The notes beneath the pieces are model-generated. The model had not been told where the DNA came from. It ran no database searches and worked only from the letters and a program-made list of their open reading frames with translations. From assembly GCA_964619625.1 (NCBI GenBank), contig CAZUFD010000005.1, forward strand, positions 3,635 through 54,425: a stretch of 50,791 nt of DNA, in the 5' to 3' direction. The DNA comes from an uncultured Gammaproteobacteria bacterium (GTDB lineage: Bacteria > Patescibacteriota > Patescibacteriia > Magasanikbacterales > GWA2-37-8). Positions 24,900-33,673 of the stretch are shown piece by piece (position 1 is the first letter of the stretch; the number at the start of each line of letters is the position of its first letter). The translations under genes were made by a program, and so were the position numbers.

Positions 24900-25937
24900 A
24901 TGCAAGAAGAAATTTTGGACAATGAACTCTCTAGAATAACCGCCCCCGAAGCCGACACCGAAGAGGTAGCTTTGGATATTACGTTGCGTCCGCAAAAACT
25001 AGAAGATTTTATCGGCCAGCCGCAAATAAAACAAAACTTGGGAATTTCTATGCAAGCGGCCGTTAAACGTGGTGAGATGCTAGAGCATATACTTCTCTAT
25101 GGCAACCCGGGGCTTGGCAAAACCACTTTGGCCAATATTATTGCCAGAGAAATGAACAATAATATCAAAATTACTTCCGGGCCAGCTCTGGAAAAAGTTG
25201 GAGACTTGGCCGCAATTTTATCTAACTTACAAAACGGAGAAATTTTATTTATAGATGAAATACATAGGTTGAATAAAACTATTGAAGAAGTGTTGTATCC
25301 GGCTCTGGAAGACTACTCACTAGACATTATTATTGGCAAAGGCCCGGCAGCGCGCACGATTCGTATGCCGCTCGCCAAATTTACGCTTATTGGCGCCACC
25401 ACCAAAATCGGCATGATTTCGGCGCCGCTCCGCGATCGTTTTGGCCACACCTTTCATTTGGATTTTTATAATCATGAAGATATAGAAACTATTTTGGCGC
25501 GTAATGCCAAAATTTTAAATATGAATATAGAACCGGAAGCCACCATGCTTGTAGCCGAGCGTTCTCGCCGTACCCCGCGTATTGCCAACCGTCTGCTCAA
25601 ACGCGTGCGCGACTTTGCCGAAGTAAAACACGACGGTGTAGTAAATAAAAAAATTGCCAGCGAAGCGCTGGGCATGCTGGCCATAGACGAACTGGGGTTG
25701 GATGAAACAGACCGAAGATTATTACAAACCCTGATAGAAAAATTTTCTGGCGGCCCGGCTGGGTTAAATACCTTGGCCGCGGCAATTAGTGAAGAAATGG
25801 ATACCATTGAAACGATTTACGAACCATTTTTACTCCAAATGGGATTTCTTGAACGCACACCGCGCGGACGCAAAGCCACGCCCGCGGCCTATATTCATTT
25901 GGGCTATGACGCTCCTAAAAATCAAACTTTATTATAA
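24900..25937 (+). CDS. ruvB: Holliday junction branch migration DNA helicase RuvB
   Basis: 345 aa. LRPQKLEDFIGQPQIKQNL, Walker A GNPGLGKTTLA, Walker B ILFIDEIHRL, sensor ATTKIGMISAPLRDRF. Confidence 0.95.
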   Translation: MQEEILDNELSRITAPEADTEEVALDITLRPQKLEDFIGQPQIKQNLGISMQAAVKRGEMLEHILLYGNPGLGKTTLANIIAREMNNNIKITSGPALEKVGDLAAILSNLQNGEILFIDEIHRLNKTIEEVLYPALEDYSLDIIIGKGPAARTIRMPLAKFTLIGATTKIGMISAPLRDRFGHTFHLDFYNHEDIETILARNAKILNMNIEPEATMLVAERSRRTPRIANRLLKRVRDFAEVKHDGVVNKKIASEALGMLAIDELGLDETDRRLLQTLIEKFSGGPAGLNTLAAAISEEMDTIETIYEPFLLQMGFLERTPRGRKATPAAYIHLGYDAPKNQTLL

Positions 25938-25945
25938 TTAACTCT

Positions 25946-26236
25946 ATGCTCGTTATACCTCTTTATACTCTACTTATCGTGTATGCGATTTTTTTGCTCG
26001 TTTTTTTCACATTCTTCATAATCAATTTTTGGCATATATTTTTAACTGGCACAACCAACTTTAACAGTTTTGTTGTAACCCTGCTGGTTATAATTTTAAC
26101 GGTTTTAACTTTTTACGGCACTTGGTATTTTTTGCGAGGCACAGATTGGCAACAACCATTATTTACTCTGAACTTAAGCAATTTTAGCAATTTATTCCAG
26201 CCTGGCGGCAACAATAACGAATTTCTAAACTTTTAA
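25946..26236 (+). CDS. small hydrophobic membrane protein (3 predicted TM segments)
   Basis: 96-aa ORF, 8 nt after ruvB and 1 nt before the next ORF. It is strongly hydrophobic with no recognisable family. Confidence 0.45.
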   Translation: MLVIPLYTLLIVYAIFLLVFFTFFIINFWHIFLTGTTNFNSFVVTLLVIILTVLTFYGTWYFLRGTDWQQPLFTLNLSNFSNLFQPGGNNNEFLNF

Positions 26237-26237
26237 T

Positions 26238-26783
26238 ATGTCACTAAGCAACATCATTAACCAAAAATCATACGAAAAAATAGTTCGTACCTGCCGCCGC
26301 CATCCCATAACCTTTGTGCCCTATGTGATTTTTTCTTTGCTGCTTCTGGCAGCGCCCCTTGGCTTATACTGGCTGGTTTCCGAATCATCTCTTTTATCCT
26401 ATTTTCAAACCCGAACCGGATGGACGATCGTAGTGCTTGGAGGAAGTATTTATTATTTATCCTGCTTTTTATTTTTTTATACGCACTTTGTTACGTTCCA
26501 TTTGGATTTATGGATCGTAACCAATGACCGGCTTCTGGATATGGAGCAGAAAGGATTATTCCACCGAACAATTTCCGAGGTTGATTTATACCAAATTCAA
26601 GATGCCAGTTCCGAGGTTCACGGAGTTTTCCCATCTATTTTTCATTACGGAAATATAATTCTGCAAACGGCCGCCACGGTACCAAAATTTACCTTTAAAA
26701 ACGTCTCTAATCCAGACCAGTTGCGAGAAGAAATTTTGCATCTGACGGCTGAAGATAGAAAATTCCACCAGAAGCAAAACTAA
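26238..26783 (+). CDS. membrane protein with a probable bPH_2 (YdbT-like) domain
   Basis: 181 aa with two N-terminal TM segments. IVTNDRLLDMEQKGLFHRTISEVDLYQIQDASSEVHGVFPSIFHYGNIILQTAA resembles the bPH_2 pattern. Confidence 0.5.
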   Translation: MSLSNIINQKSYEKIVRTCRRHPITFVPYVIFSLLLLAAPLGLYWLVSESSLLSYFQTRTGWTIVVLGGSIYYLSCFLFFYTHFVTFHLDLWIVTNDRLLDMEQKGLFHRTISEVDLYQIQDASSEVHGVFPSIFHYGNIILQTAATVPKFTFKNVSNPDQLREEILHLTAEDRKFHQKQN

Positions 26784-27829
26784 AACACCTTTTCTACGGT
26801 TGTGCTGGTATAATAGTGTTCTAAAATTTCTTTATAGCTCCAATTATCTTTTAGCGCTCTCTGTTGCGCATCGCTATTGCTCATGCCAATACCATGTCCG
26901 AGCATTTTTTTACCTTTATCATACTTGGCCACTACGCTCTTTAGCCAAGGCCTGTCTTTACCGCCATTTTTGGTGCTTCCGTTTGAGCGGCTAAAATAAA
27001 AGGTGATAACCGGATTACTTTTGTAAGTTACGAGTTCGCCAGCCGTAGCCGCAGCTGCTTCCACAAATTTCGGCATATATAATTCGGAGTTATAACCCAA
27101 ATATAATTGATCCACCGTGGTGGCATAGACATCAAACATTCTTTTTTCAGTTGGCGGATTTTTGCTAATCAGCGCATACGCATACGAGCGCGCGGCGACT
27201 GACAATGCCTTTATATATTCGGTGGGCGCGCTGTCGTGAGTTTCGGCAATGCCTTTTACATATAAGTCCAAAGGCAATTCATTTATAATAAATGGCAGTT
27301 TGCTTTTGGGAGAATACCTATATTCCAAAGTGCCGCGATAAACATTAAAGTTGATTTTGGCGCGACCAGCCACAGGACGGTTATAATTTGCCAGGACAAA
27401 AAAATTACTTGGATCTGATGGAACCAGTCGGAAATAATCAGAGGAACCAAACTCCACGCTTTCGCTTTTTAAAATATACAAACCTTCTGTATAACTTATT
27501 TCGGCCACATCTTCTGGGGCAATAATACCTCGTGACACACCGCCCACCCATACTTCGTATGGGAATTCTGAGGTAAATTGTATGGCATTGTTTGTTTTAT
27601 ACAAGCCCACCCGAATTGTCGGTTCTGGAATAAGCGGGCGACTTGGCACCACAGCTTCTTCACCGATAACAATTTCTGCGGCGGTACTCGTTGCAAAAGA
27701 ACTTACGGTACTGGTAGCGCTTGGAAAATAGCCAACATCGGTTTCAGCCAAAACCGGATTGATGCCAAGTAAAAAAATACTAATAAATAACGCGAATTTC
27801 TTTAAAACAGAAGGTATTTTCATATCCAT
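26780..27829 (-). CDS. SpoIID/LytB-domain protein (peptidoglycan remodelling)
   Basis: 349 aa with a signal peptide. APTEYIKALSVAARSYAYAL, DVYATTVDQLYLGY and ELVTYKSNPVITFYFSRSNGST are SpoIID-like. Confidence 0.75.
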   Translation of the reverse strand: MDMKIPSVLKKFALFISIFLLGINPVLAETDVGYFPSATSTVSSFATSTAAEIVIGEEAVVPSRPLIPEPTIRVGLYKTNNAIQFTSEFPYEVWVGGVSRGIIAPEDVAEISYTEGLYILKSESVEFGSSDYFRLVPSDPSNFFVLANYNRPVAGRAKINFNVYRGTLEYRYSPKSKLPFIINELPLDLYVKGIAETHDSAPTEYIKALSVAARSYAYALISKNPPTEKRMFDVYATTVDQLYLGYNSELYMPKFVEAAAATAGELVTYKSNPVITFYFSRSNGSTKNGGKDRPWLKSVVAKYDKGKKMLGHGIGMSNSDAQQRALKDNWSYKEILEHYYTSTTVEKVF

Positions 27830-27895
27830 ATAATAGTATCACACAAACTAAAACGCGCCAAGATAATGACGCGCTTTTGCCTAATTTTAGAGTAA

Positions 27896-29638
27896 TTATT
27901 TTAATTCTCGTTCAATCTTTTCAATGCCTTTATTGATAAATTTTTCCGCCGCGTTCAAATTATTTTTGAGTTGAGATAAAATTTTTGATTCTTCTATAGT
28001 CAATTCTCGTTTTAATTTTACTTTTTCCAGAGTGGCAATCTGTTTACGGGTATTTTCTCGTAGCATGTCAAATGCCTGATGTATATTTTTTTCAACTACT
28101 TTTACCTCCTGCTGCACTCTACCTGTAAGTTTACGAAGTTTATACCAGCCATACCAGGCGAGTGCTGATAATAACGCGGTTATAGCGAGCAATGAGACGA
28201 CCACGGATAAATAACTTACGATGAGAGAACCGATCTTGAGTATTGGTCTCTCTGAAACAACCACACCTAGCTTCTCGCTTGGGTTACTCTTAGCGCCGCT
28301 GTCATTTTCAGCTTCAGCCCAAACTGAATATACGCCATCGCTTAATTTACCCGCAACTATAATCTTAAACTTTCCATTACTGTCGGTTCTGGCCGACTGC
28401 TGGATAATTTCTCCGCCTTCTTTTTGAATATATAGGGTAATTTTTACCTCGGGGTAGCTTTGACCTTTTATTATCAGCGTTTCACCGGTAGAAATTTCTT
28501 CGGGGTATTCAAGTATCTTTGGAGCTTCAATCGGGTTTACGAGTATTTCCAAAGACGCTGTTAAGTAATTTCCCGCCGCATCAATAGCTTTGGCCACGAT
28601 CGCGTGTTTGCCCGGGGCTAACGGTTCGGTTTGGAATATATGCCTGCCATTGTCTATCCAAGTTTGCGCTTCTTCGCTATCTATTTTTATTTCATACTTT
28701 TTTATTCCCGAACCGGAATCTTTGGCGTCTACGAATAATTTTGCTCGCGGATTAAGCGGATTTACCGGCTCATATAATGACAAATCAAAATGATCCGGCT
28801 TTTTTGTATCTATTTGGAATTTATAGTGCGTAACCGCTCCCCAACCATACGAATTTCTGAGTCGGATATGAAAATACCACATGCCATCTTCAACATCGGT
28901 ATAGGTATGAGTGCGCATGACGCCATCCGATCTGGTACCGGGGTTGGAATTATAATTGCGATCGGCCAGGATACTTACACCAGTTATACCCGCCGGCAAA
29001 ACCCAAGAAAAGGCGGGATTATTGCCCGCACAGGCCCCTTCCGCATCAGGACAATTGGACGAAGTAACTTTGGGGGCGGCCGGCACACCTGCAGTTTCTA
29101 CTGGTTGAGAAATTTCTTCCGGCGGAGTCTGGCCAGAGGATCCTACCGTAAACTTGGCCGAGCCCATACCCGTTAAAATATTGGTGCCTTGGCCATCATT
29201 GGCGAGCACCGAACCACTGGAAAATCGCACATCCGCTTCACCCGCAGCCTTGGCTCGCAGGGTAAAGGTAACTAATTTTCCGCTTGAACCTTTGAAACCG
29301 GGGTTTAGTACGACTCCTTCAAACCGTACACTGCCAGCTGAAAAAGAAGGCTCCTGGGCCCAGAGAGAAAAAATTGAACCTGATTTAGAAATAGAGACTA
29401 CTTCTAGTTTGTCTGTTGGCACCTCTAGTTCTCCAGAGGCCGCGTTCATGGACTGGTCGGCGCTGGACACATAAACTGAAACCGTAAATGTTTTGCCAAC
29501 TTGTTTTGAACCGGAGTTTGGAGATAAATAAAGAGTGGCGGCGGAAGCGCTCGCAACAACAAAAAAACAACTAAAAAAAGACAAAAAATATATTGTCCTT
29601 TTTACTAAGTTGAAGTACGGTATTTTCTGATCCGCCAT
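27896..29638 (-). CDS. cohesin-like domain surface protein with Ig-like modules, a C-terminal TM anchor and a cytoplasmic coiled coil
   Basis: ORF 27896..29689 (GTG at 29689). The ATG at 29638 is preceded by GGGGGGA. The N-terminal domain (ATLYLSPNSGSKQVGKTFTVSVYVSS...ASGELEVPTDKLEVVSISKSGSIFSLWAQEP...GKLVTFTLRAKAAGEADV) is cohesin-like. TM segment LIVSYLSVVVSLLAITALLSALAWYGWY. The tail is rich in K/E heptads. Confidence 0.6.
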   Translation of the reverse strand: MADQKIPYFNLVKRTIYFLSFFSCFFVVASASAATLYLSPNSGSKQVGKTFTVSVYVSSADQSMNAASGELEVPTDKLEVVSISKSGSIFSLWAQEPSFSAGSVRFEGVVLNPGFKGSSGKLVTFTLRAKAAGEADVRFSSGSVLANDGQGTNILTGMGSAKFTVGSSGQTPPEEISQPVETAGVPAAPKVTSSNCPDAEGACAGNNPAFSWVLPAGITGVSILADRNYNSNPGTRSDGVMRTHTYTDVEDGMWYFHIRLRNSYGWGAVTHYKFQIDTKKPDHFDLSLYEPVNPLNPRAKLFVDAKDSGSGIKKYEIKIDSEEAQTWIDNGRHIFQTEPLAPGKHAIVAKAIDAAGNYLTASLEILVNPIEAPKILEYPEEISTGETLIIKGQSYPEVKITLYIQKEGGEIIQQSARTDSNGKFKIIVAGKLSDGVYSVWAEAENDSGAKSNPSEKLGVVVSERPILKIGSLIVSYLSVVVSLLAITALLSALAWYGWYKLRKLTGRVQQEVKVVEKNIHQAFDMLRENTRKQIATLEKVKLKRELTIEESKILSQLKNNLNAAEKFINKGIEKIERELK

Positions 29639-30555
29639 AGAATCCCCCCAAAAAAGAATAGTAATAATATTATTATACCCCGAAACCACAAATTTTCATA
29701 ATACGAAACTGTGTTGCGCGGCGGCAAAACCGAAATTCGTTCGTTATTTTTATTATCAACCGCCTTTACATAGATATAACTTTGTAATTTTTGATCTTGC
29801 AAAAGATGCGGGCTAACGGCGGTCTGCCAATTTAATTTTTCGTATTCGCTGCCTACACCATTTTTACTTTCGGCCAACTCATAGTGATTTATGCCGGATT
29901 TTTTATCTTGCGTGGCAAAAACCGCAAACCATTTGCCCCCATAAACAATTTTATCATCGGCTAAATAAATAGGAAAATCCTCCGGAGGCTCCTCGTCTTT
30001 AATGGCGGGAACCGGCGCGGACGGAGGAGCGCTGCTTGATACTAAAAAATTAAAGTTAGTGGACGAAACATTGTCGGCTGTACCTTTGCCGTCATTTAAC
30101 AAAGCCCTGGCGTCCGCTATGACAATAGCGCTGGAAGAAACAACCTTTGTTGTTTCAAAAACAAAAGAAAAGATTAGGCCCTTGCCTGTTTCGCTGTTAA
30201 AACCGCCCGGAATAATGCCCGCAAACTCTAAAGTATTATTGTTTATAATATCAGTTAAAACCAAGGGTTTTGCCCAAAAATTAACAATGGAATTTCCATC
30301 TCTTATTTCTTTTAACCTCAAAACGTTGTCGGGAAAAATAACTTTGCCTTCCAGCGCATTTATTTTTTGGCCTTGCGTGTCTAATATTAGATTTATAGTA
30401 AAGTTATTGCCCACCCGCATTTGATGAGTTGATGATTCAAAATAAAACTGTGAAGCAAAAACTTTAGAAATAAAAGATATATTTAAAATTATGAATAACA
30501 AAAATACCAGTATAAAATTTAAAATTTTGTTTCTAGTTTTTAGTTCATTCTTCAT
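29605..30555 (-). CDS. cohesin-like domain protein with a C-terminal TM anchor
   Basis: 316 aa: signal/TM, FYFESSTHQMRVGNNFTINLILDTQGQKINALEGKVIFPDNVLRLKEIRDGNSIVNFW, GLIFSFVFETTK. C-terminal TM WFRGIIILLLFFFGGILW. Confidence 0.6.
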   Translation of the reverse strand: MKNELKTRNKILNFILVFLLFIILNISFISKVFASQFYFESSTHQMRVGNNFTINLILDTQGQKINALEGKVIFPDNVLRLKEIRDGNSIVNFWAKPLVLTDIINNNTLEFAGIIPGGFNSETGKGLIFSFVFETTKVVSSSAIVIADARALLNDGKGTADNVSSTNFNFLVSSSAPPSAPVPAIKDEEPPEDFPIYLADDKIVYGGKWFAVFATQDKKSGINHYELAESKNGVGSEYEKLNWQTAVSPHLLQDQKLQSYIYVKAVDNKNNERISVLPPRNTVSYYENLWFRGIIILLLFFFGGILWRIRKYRTST

Positions 30556-30568
30556 AATTCATTTTTCA

Positions 30569-31891
30569 CTACCCGGTCCAATAATAAGCCATGATGCTTA
30601 AATCTACTAAGTCCATTTTGCCATCCCCATTAAGCTGTTCTATTTCCATGGGCTTAAATGATTCACTTAGGAAGCGCCGATACCAAAAAGCGCCGATAGA
30701 AAAATCTATCAAGTTTACCCTGCCATCATTATTTAAGTCGCCTTTTACAGCTTGATTTTCGGTTCTTATAACAGTTTTGTTGCCAACATTAAAACTTACG
30801 GATTTCCCGAAACTGCTAAGCTCATTACTGACGGCGGCTTTGGATTTGGTAAGATGTTCGCCTAGTTCCAAAGGCGTGGTATCAAAGTTGTATAAATATG
30901 CACCGCTCGTATCACTTTTAGTTTTAGCAAAAAGTTCATTTTCGGAATTAACCACAATCGTAATATCGGCATTAGGAGTACTCTGACCAAAAATCGCAAT
31001 GTTATCCCCTTTTTTGACCTGGCTTTTATCCACGTTAATGGTTGGAGCGATAAAAATTCCGCTAACATTAGTAGTTGCTCCGGACGTTACGCCAACCGGA
31101 AAACTAAGCAGACTGGAACGGTTCCCCTTGTCGTCTTCGCTATAGAGAGAAAATATATAATTTCCCGCTGAAAGGGATGATAGGGTTATTTGAAAATTCG
31201 CATCCGCTCCGGCTACGGTAGAAGCCGCCACTTGCGCGTCTTTTAACAAAGTTATAGTACTGCGCGGGTAGGCTCGCCCGGAAAAAATTACGGTAGTTTG
31301 TGAAGGTAAAACTCCTCCGCCGCCCCCACCTCCACCACCGCCGCCCCCTCCGCCTCCGCCACTGCTAGGCGCGGCTGCGGGCGCAGCTGAAACTTGGGTG
31401 GAAGTAACAACCGGATCACCTAAAAAATCCAAGGCTCTAACCACAAAATAATAGGTTGTGCCGTTGGTGAGTCCTGTTCTGGTTGAGGCCAGCACATTAC
31501 CAACATTTGTAAATGTATATGGCCCGCCTGAATTGGTAGATTGGCCGACCGAATAAGCGGTTATATTAAATCCTAATTCTCCTACCGCTGAAGTCCAAGT
31601 TAAGGCTACTTGGGTATCACCAGCCGTGGCCGTAATAACCGGAGTAGACACAAAAGGAAAATAAAAAAAACCAGCATGGCTCGCGAAAGCTGTGCTGGAA
31701 TTTTCTCCAATAATAATTTGTCCTGATCCGCTAAATAATTGAAAATTTGTGGAAGTTGATTTGCCGCCACTAAGACTGACAATCGGGTTTGAATTTACAA
31801 AGTTAGAAGAGCTAAATTCTTGCGCCAAAACTACCGTTGCGGCAAACAACCAGAGTAACGCTAATAATATTGGCAATCGTTTGATAGCCAT
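30569..31891 (-). CDS. secreted FN3-domain protein with a Gly16 linker and a C-terminal type-I-like dockerin
   Basis: 440 aa with a signal peptide. FN3 segment (TQVALTWTSAVGELGFNITAYSV...GTTYYFVVRALD), 16 consecutive Gly, Ig-like segment. Duplicated Ca-binding dockerin loops: GDLNNDGRVNLIDFSI and LNGDGKMDLVDLSIMAYYW. Confidence 0.7.
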   Translation of the reverse strand: MAIKRLPILLALLWLFAATVVLAQEFSSSNFVNSNPIVSLSGGKSTSTNFQLFSGSGQIIIGENSSTAFASHAGFFYFPFVSTPVITATAGDTQVALTWTSAVGELGFNITAYSVGQSTNSGGPYTFTNVGNVLASTRTGLTNGTTYYFVVRALDFLGDPVVTSTQVSAAPAAAPSSGGGGGGGGGGGGGGGGVLPSQTTVIFSGRAYPRSTITLLKDAQVAASTVAGADANFQITLSSLSAGNYIFSLYSEDDKGNRSSLLSFPVGVTSGATTNVSGIFIAPTINVDKSQVKKGDNIAIFGQSTPNADITIVVNSENELFAKTKSDTSGAYLYNFDTTPLELGEHLTKSKAAVSNELSSFGKSVSFNVGNKTVIRTENQAVKGDLNNDGRVNLIDFSIGAFWYRRFLSESFKPMEIEQLNGDGKMDLVDLSIMAYYWTG

Positions 31892-31919
31892 ACGACAAGT
31901 TATGGCTTTTTAAGAAGAA

Positions 31920-32333
31920 TTACGGGTTTCCGCTGGTTGAAGCTGGGGCGGGGGCCGGGGCTGGATTTGGGTTGCCGATTACAAGCGGAGCAATTTCAAT
32001 GATTTTATTTTCGCTTGGACGATACATGATGGCTTTCAGCGCTTGGGTATAGATTAATACTTTGTCACCGGCAGCAGCTTTAGCGAAAAAGGCTTGTTCG
32101 GCTTTTAATTTGTCCGGATCAGTTACGGTGGCGATTGTTGGAGCTTCACCCTCTGGCAGTAAGACCAATTTTCCAACCGCTTCTATTACTTTTTGACTTT
32201 CTTCTTGGCTTGCTTTCTGCGGGTCAACGTTTAATTTGCGAACCTTTTGATATAAAACCGCGCTTGTGCCAGCCAAGGCAACTACTAAAACTCCTAACAC
32301 TACCGAGACCAATTTTAAATTATTTGTCGCCAT
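31920..32333 (-). CDS. N-terminally anchored small protein with a Pro/Ala-rich tail
   Basis: 137 aa with a single N-terminal TM (LVSVVLGVLVVALAGTSAVLY). C-terminal tail NPNPAPAPAPASTSGNP. No recognisable family. Confidence 0.5.
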   Translation of the reverse strand: MATNNLKLVSVVLGVLVVALAGTSAVLYQKVRKLNVDPQKASQEESQKVIEAVGKLVLLPEGEAPTIATVTDPDKLKAEQAFFAKAAAGDKVLIYTQALKAIMYRPSENKIIEIAPLVIGNPNPAPAPAPASTSGNP

Positions 32334-32456
32334 ACTAAAAAATAAAACTTATTAATTATTTTAAATAAAAAAATTTTAAACGACCTTTTTATTTTATCTC
32401 CCACTTCATTAGAAGTATATCACAACTGCGGGAGACGCGTAAAGAAGAATCTAGGT

Positions 32457-33455
32457 TTAATTATTTTCCTGACTAACTCTATTATATACTACTCTGGATA
32501 TTTCCGCTATTACCGAAGATAGCTTATCAAAATCATCGCCGCGAGTCATGACGCATAAGATATATGGTTTGTCTGGGTGATACACTATGCCGCAGTCGTG
32601 AAGCTGTTTGGTGATGGAATTTACTTTGCGTTCGCCAAATTTGTGCGCGACCACGGTAGAGGTTGGCACACCGGCTTTTAAGCCTTTATCAAAGGTACTG
32701 GCCGCCAATAACTTCAATGCCTGCTCTGAATAATTATCATTCAGATAAGAAGCGTTGTACAAAACACGGAAAAAAGAAGCATAACCGCGGACCGAAATAG
32801 TATAGTTTCCATCAACAGGCTTTTTAACACCCAGCTCTTCGTACGTTTTATACAACCGGTCTGGGCCAATAAACTGCTCAATCGCTTTGGTGGCATCATT
32901 ATTGGAATAAACAATCATATTGGAAATTAATTCGGAAACTGTAAATTGCTTTCCTGTTTCCAATGTAACTTCCGGTTTATAGTACTGAACCAGCGGATTT
33001 GCCTGCTCTTTTATCAAAACCTTCTGCTCTAAAATTGAAGGGTCTATTTCCATATCTTTAAGTATTCTCATCATCATCGGCACCTTTAGCAAACTGCCGG
33101 GATTAAACTCGTCTCTTTCATTTATACCCAACCAAGGACCGTTATTTAAATCTCGGAAATATACAGAAACTTTGCTAGTACCTCGTATTTTTTGCGTATC
33201 AATAAAATCATTAATATCTTTCTTCATCTGCATAATATTTTGATTTGAAACACTTTCTAAGCTGCCGCAATCCAACAGTGGATTAATAAAATTCCATTGT
33301 TTTGTATAGTCTGCTCCGCGCTCTTCTTTTGCTGCTCCCGGTTGAATAGCCACGGTTGATTTTATAGATTCCAATTTGCCAAAAATAAAACCGGTAGCAA
33401 AAACTGATACTACGGCTAGCCCGCCCCAAATTTTTCTTAACTTTTCTTTCCCCAT
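32457..33455 (-). CDS. class A beta-lactamase-like serine hydrolase / PBP-related protein
   Basis: 332 aa, N-terminally anchored. Candidate SxxK (GSLLKVP), SxN (YSNNDAT) and K[TS]G-like (HKFGE) motifs are in the right order. Confidence 0.5.
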   Translation of the reverse strand: MGKEKLRKIWGGLAVVSVFATGFIFGKLESIKSTVAIQPGAAKEERGADYTKQWNFINPLLDCGSLESVSNQNIMQMKKDINDFIDTQKIRGTSKVSVYFRDLNNGPWLGINERDEFNPGSLLKVPMMMRILKDMEIDPSILEQKVLIKEQANPLVQYYKPEVTLETGKQFTVSELISNMIVYSNNDATKAIEQFIGPDRLYKTYEELGVKKPVDGNYTISVRGYASFFRVLYNASYLNDNYSEQALKLLAASTFDKGLKAGVPTSTVVAHKFGERKVNSITKQLHDCGIVYHPDKPYILCVMTRGDDFDKLSSVIAEISRVVYNRVSQENN

Positions 33456-33612
33456 ATCTTTTCCTGTCTTATCTTGTTCTTATTTTATCTGGCGATAATT
33501 TAACGACTTTTCCAAACATTTATTCTAGTTAAAGTATACAATACTGGGGTTAAAATTTAGATAAACTTTAAATAACCTAATTACAATACTATTTGTGTTG
33601 AAATACTCTACC

Positions 33613-33650
33613 AAAAAATATCCCTTGCCACAAATCTGGGGTGGGGATAC
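33613..33650 (-). terminator. terminator-like hairpin after the giant gene
   Basis: Minus strand: TATCCCCACCCCAGATTTGTGGCAAGGGATA followed by TTTTTTGG. Confidence 0.5.
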
Positions 33651-33673
33651 TCTGTCAGCTAAAAATTATGGTA

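Noticed and set aside
31313-31360. Gly16-coding tract as a slipped-strand phase-variation switch
   Set aside because: The tract is not a homopolymer or a perfect short tandem repeat at the DNA level, because the GGN codons are mixed. Any indel that preserved function would have to be in multiples of 3. I kept it only as a linker and length-variation note.
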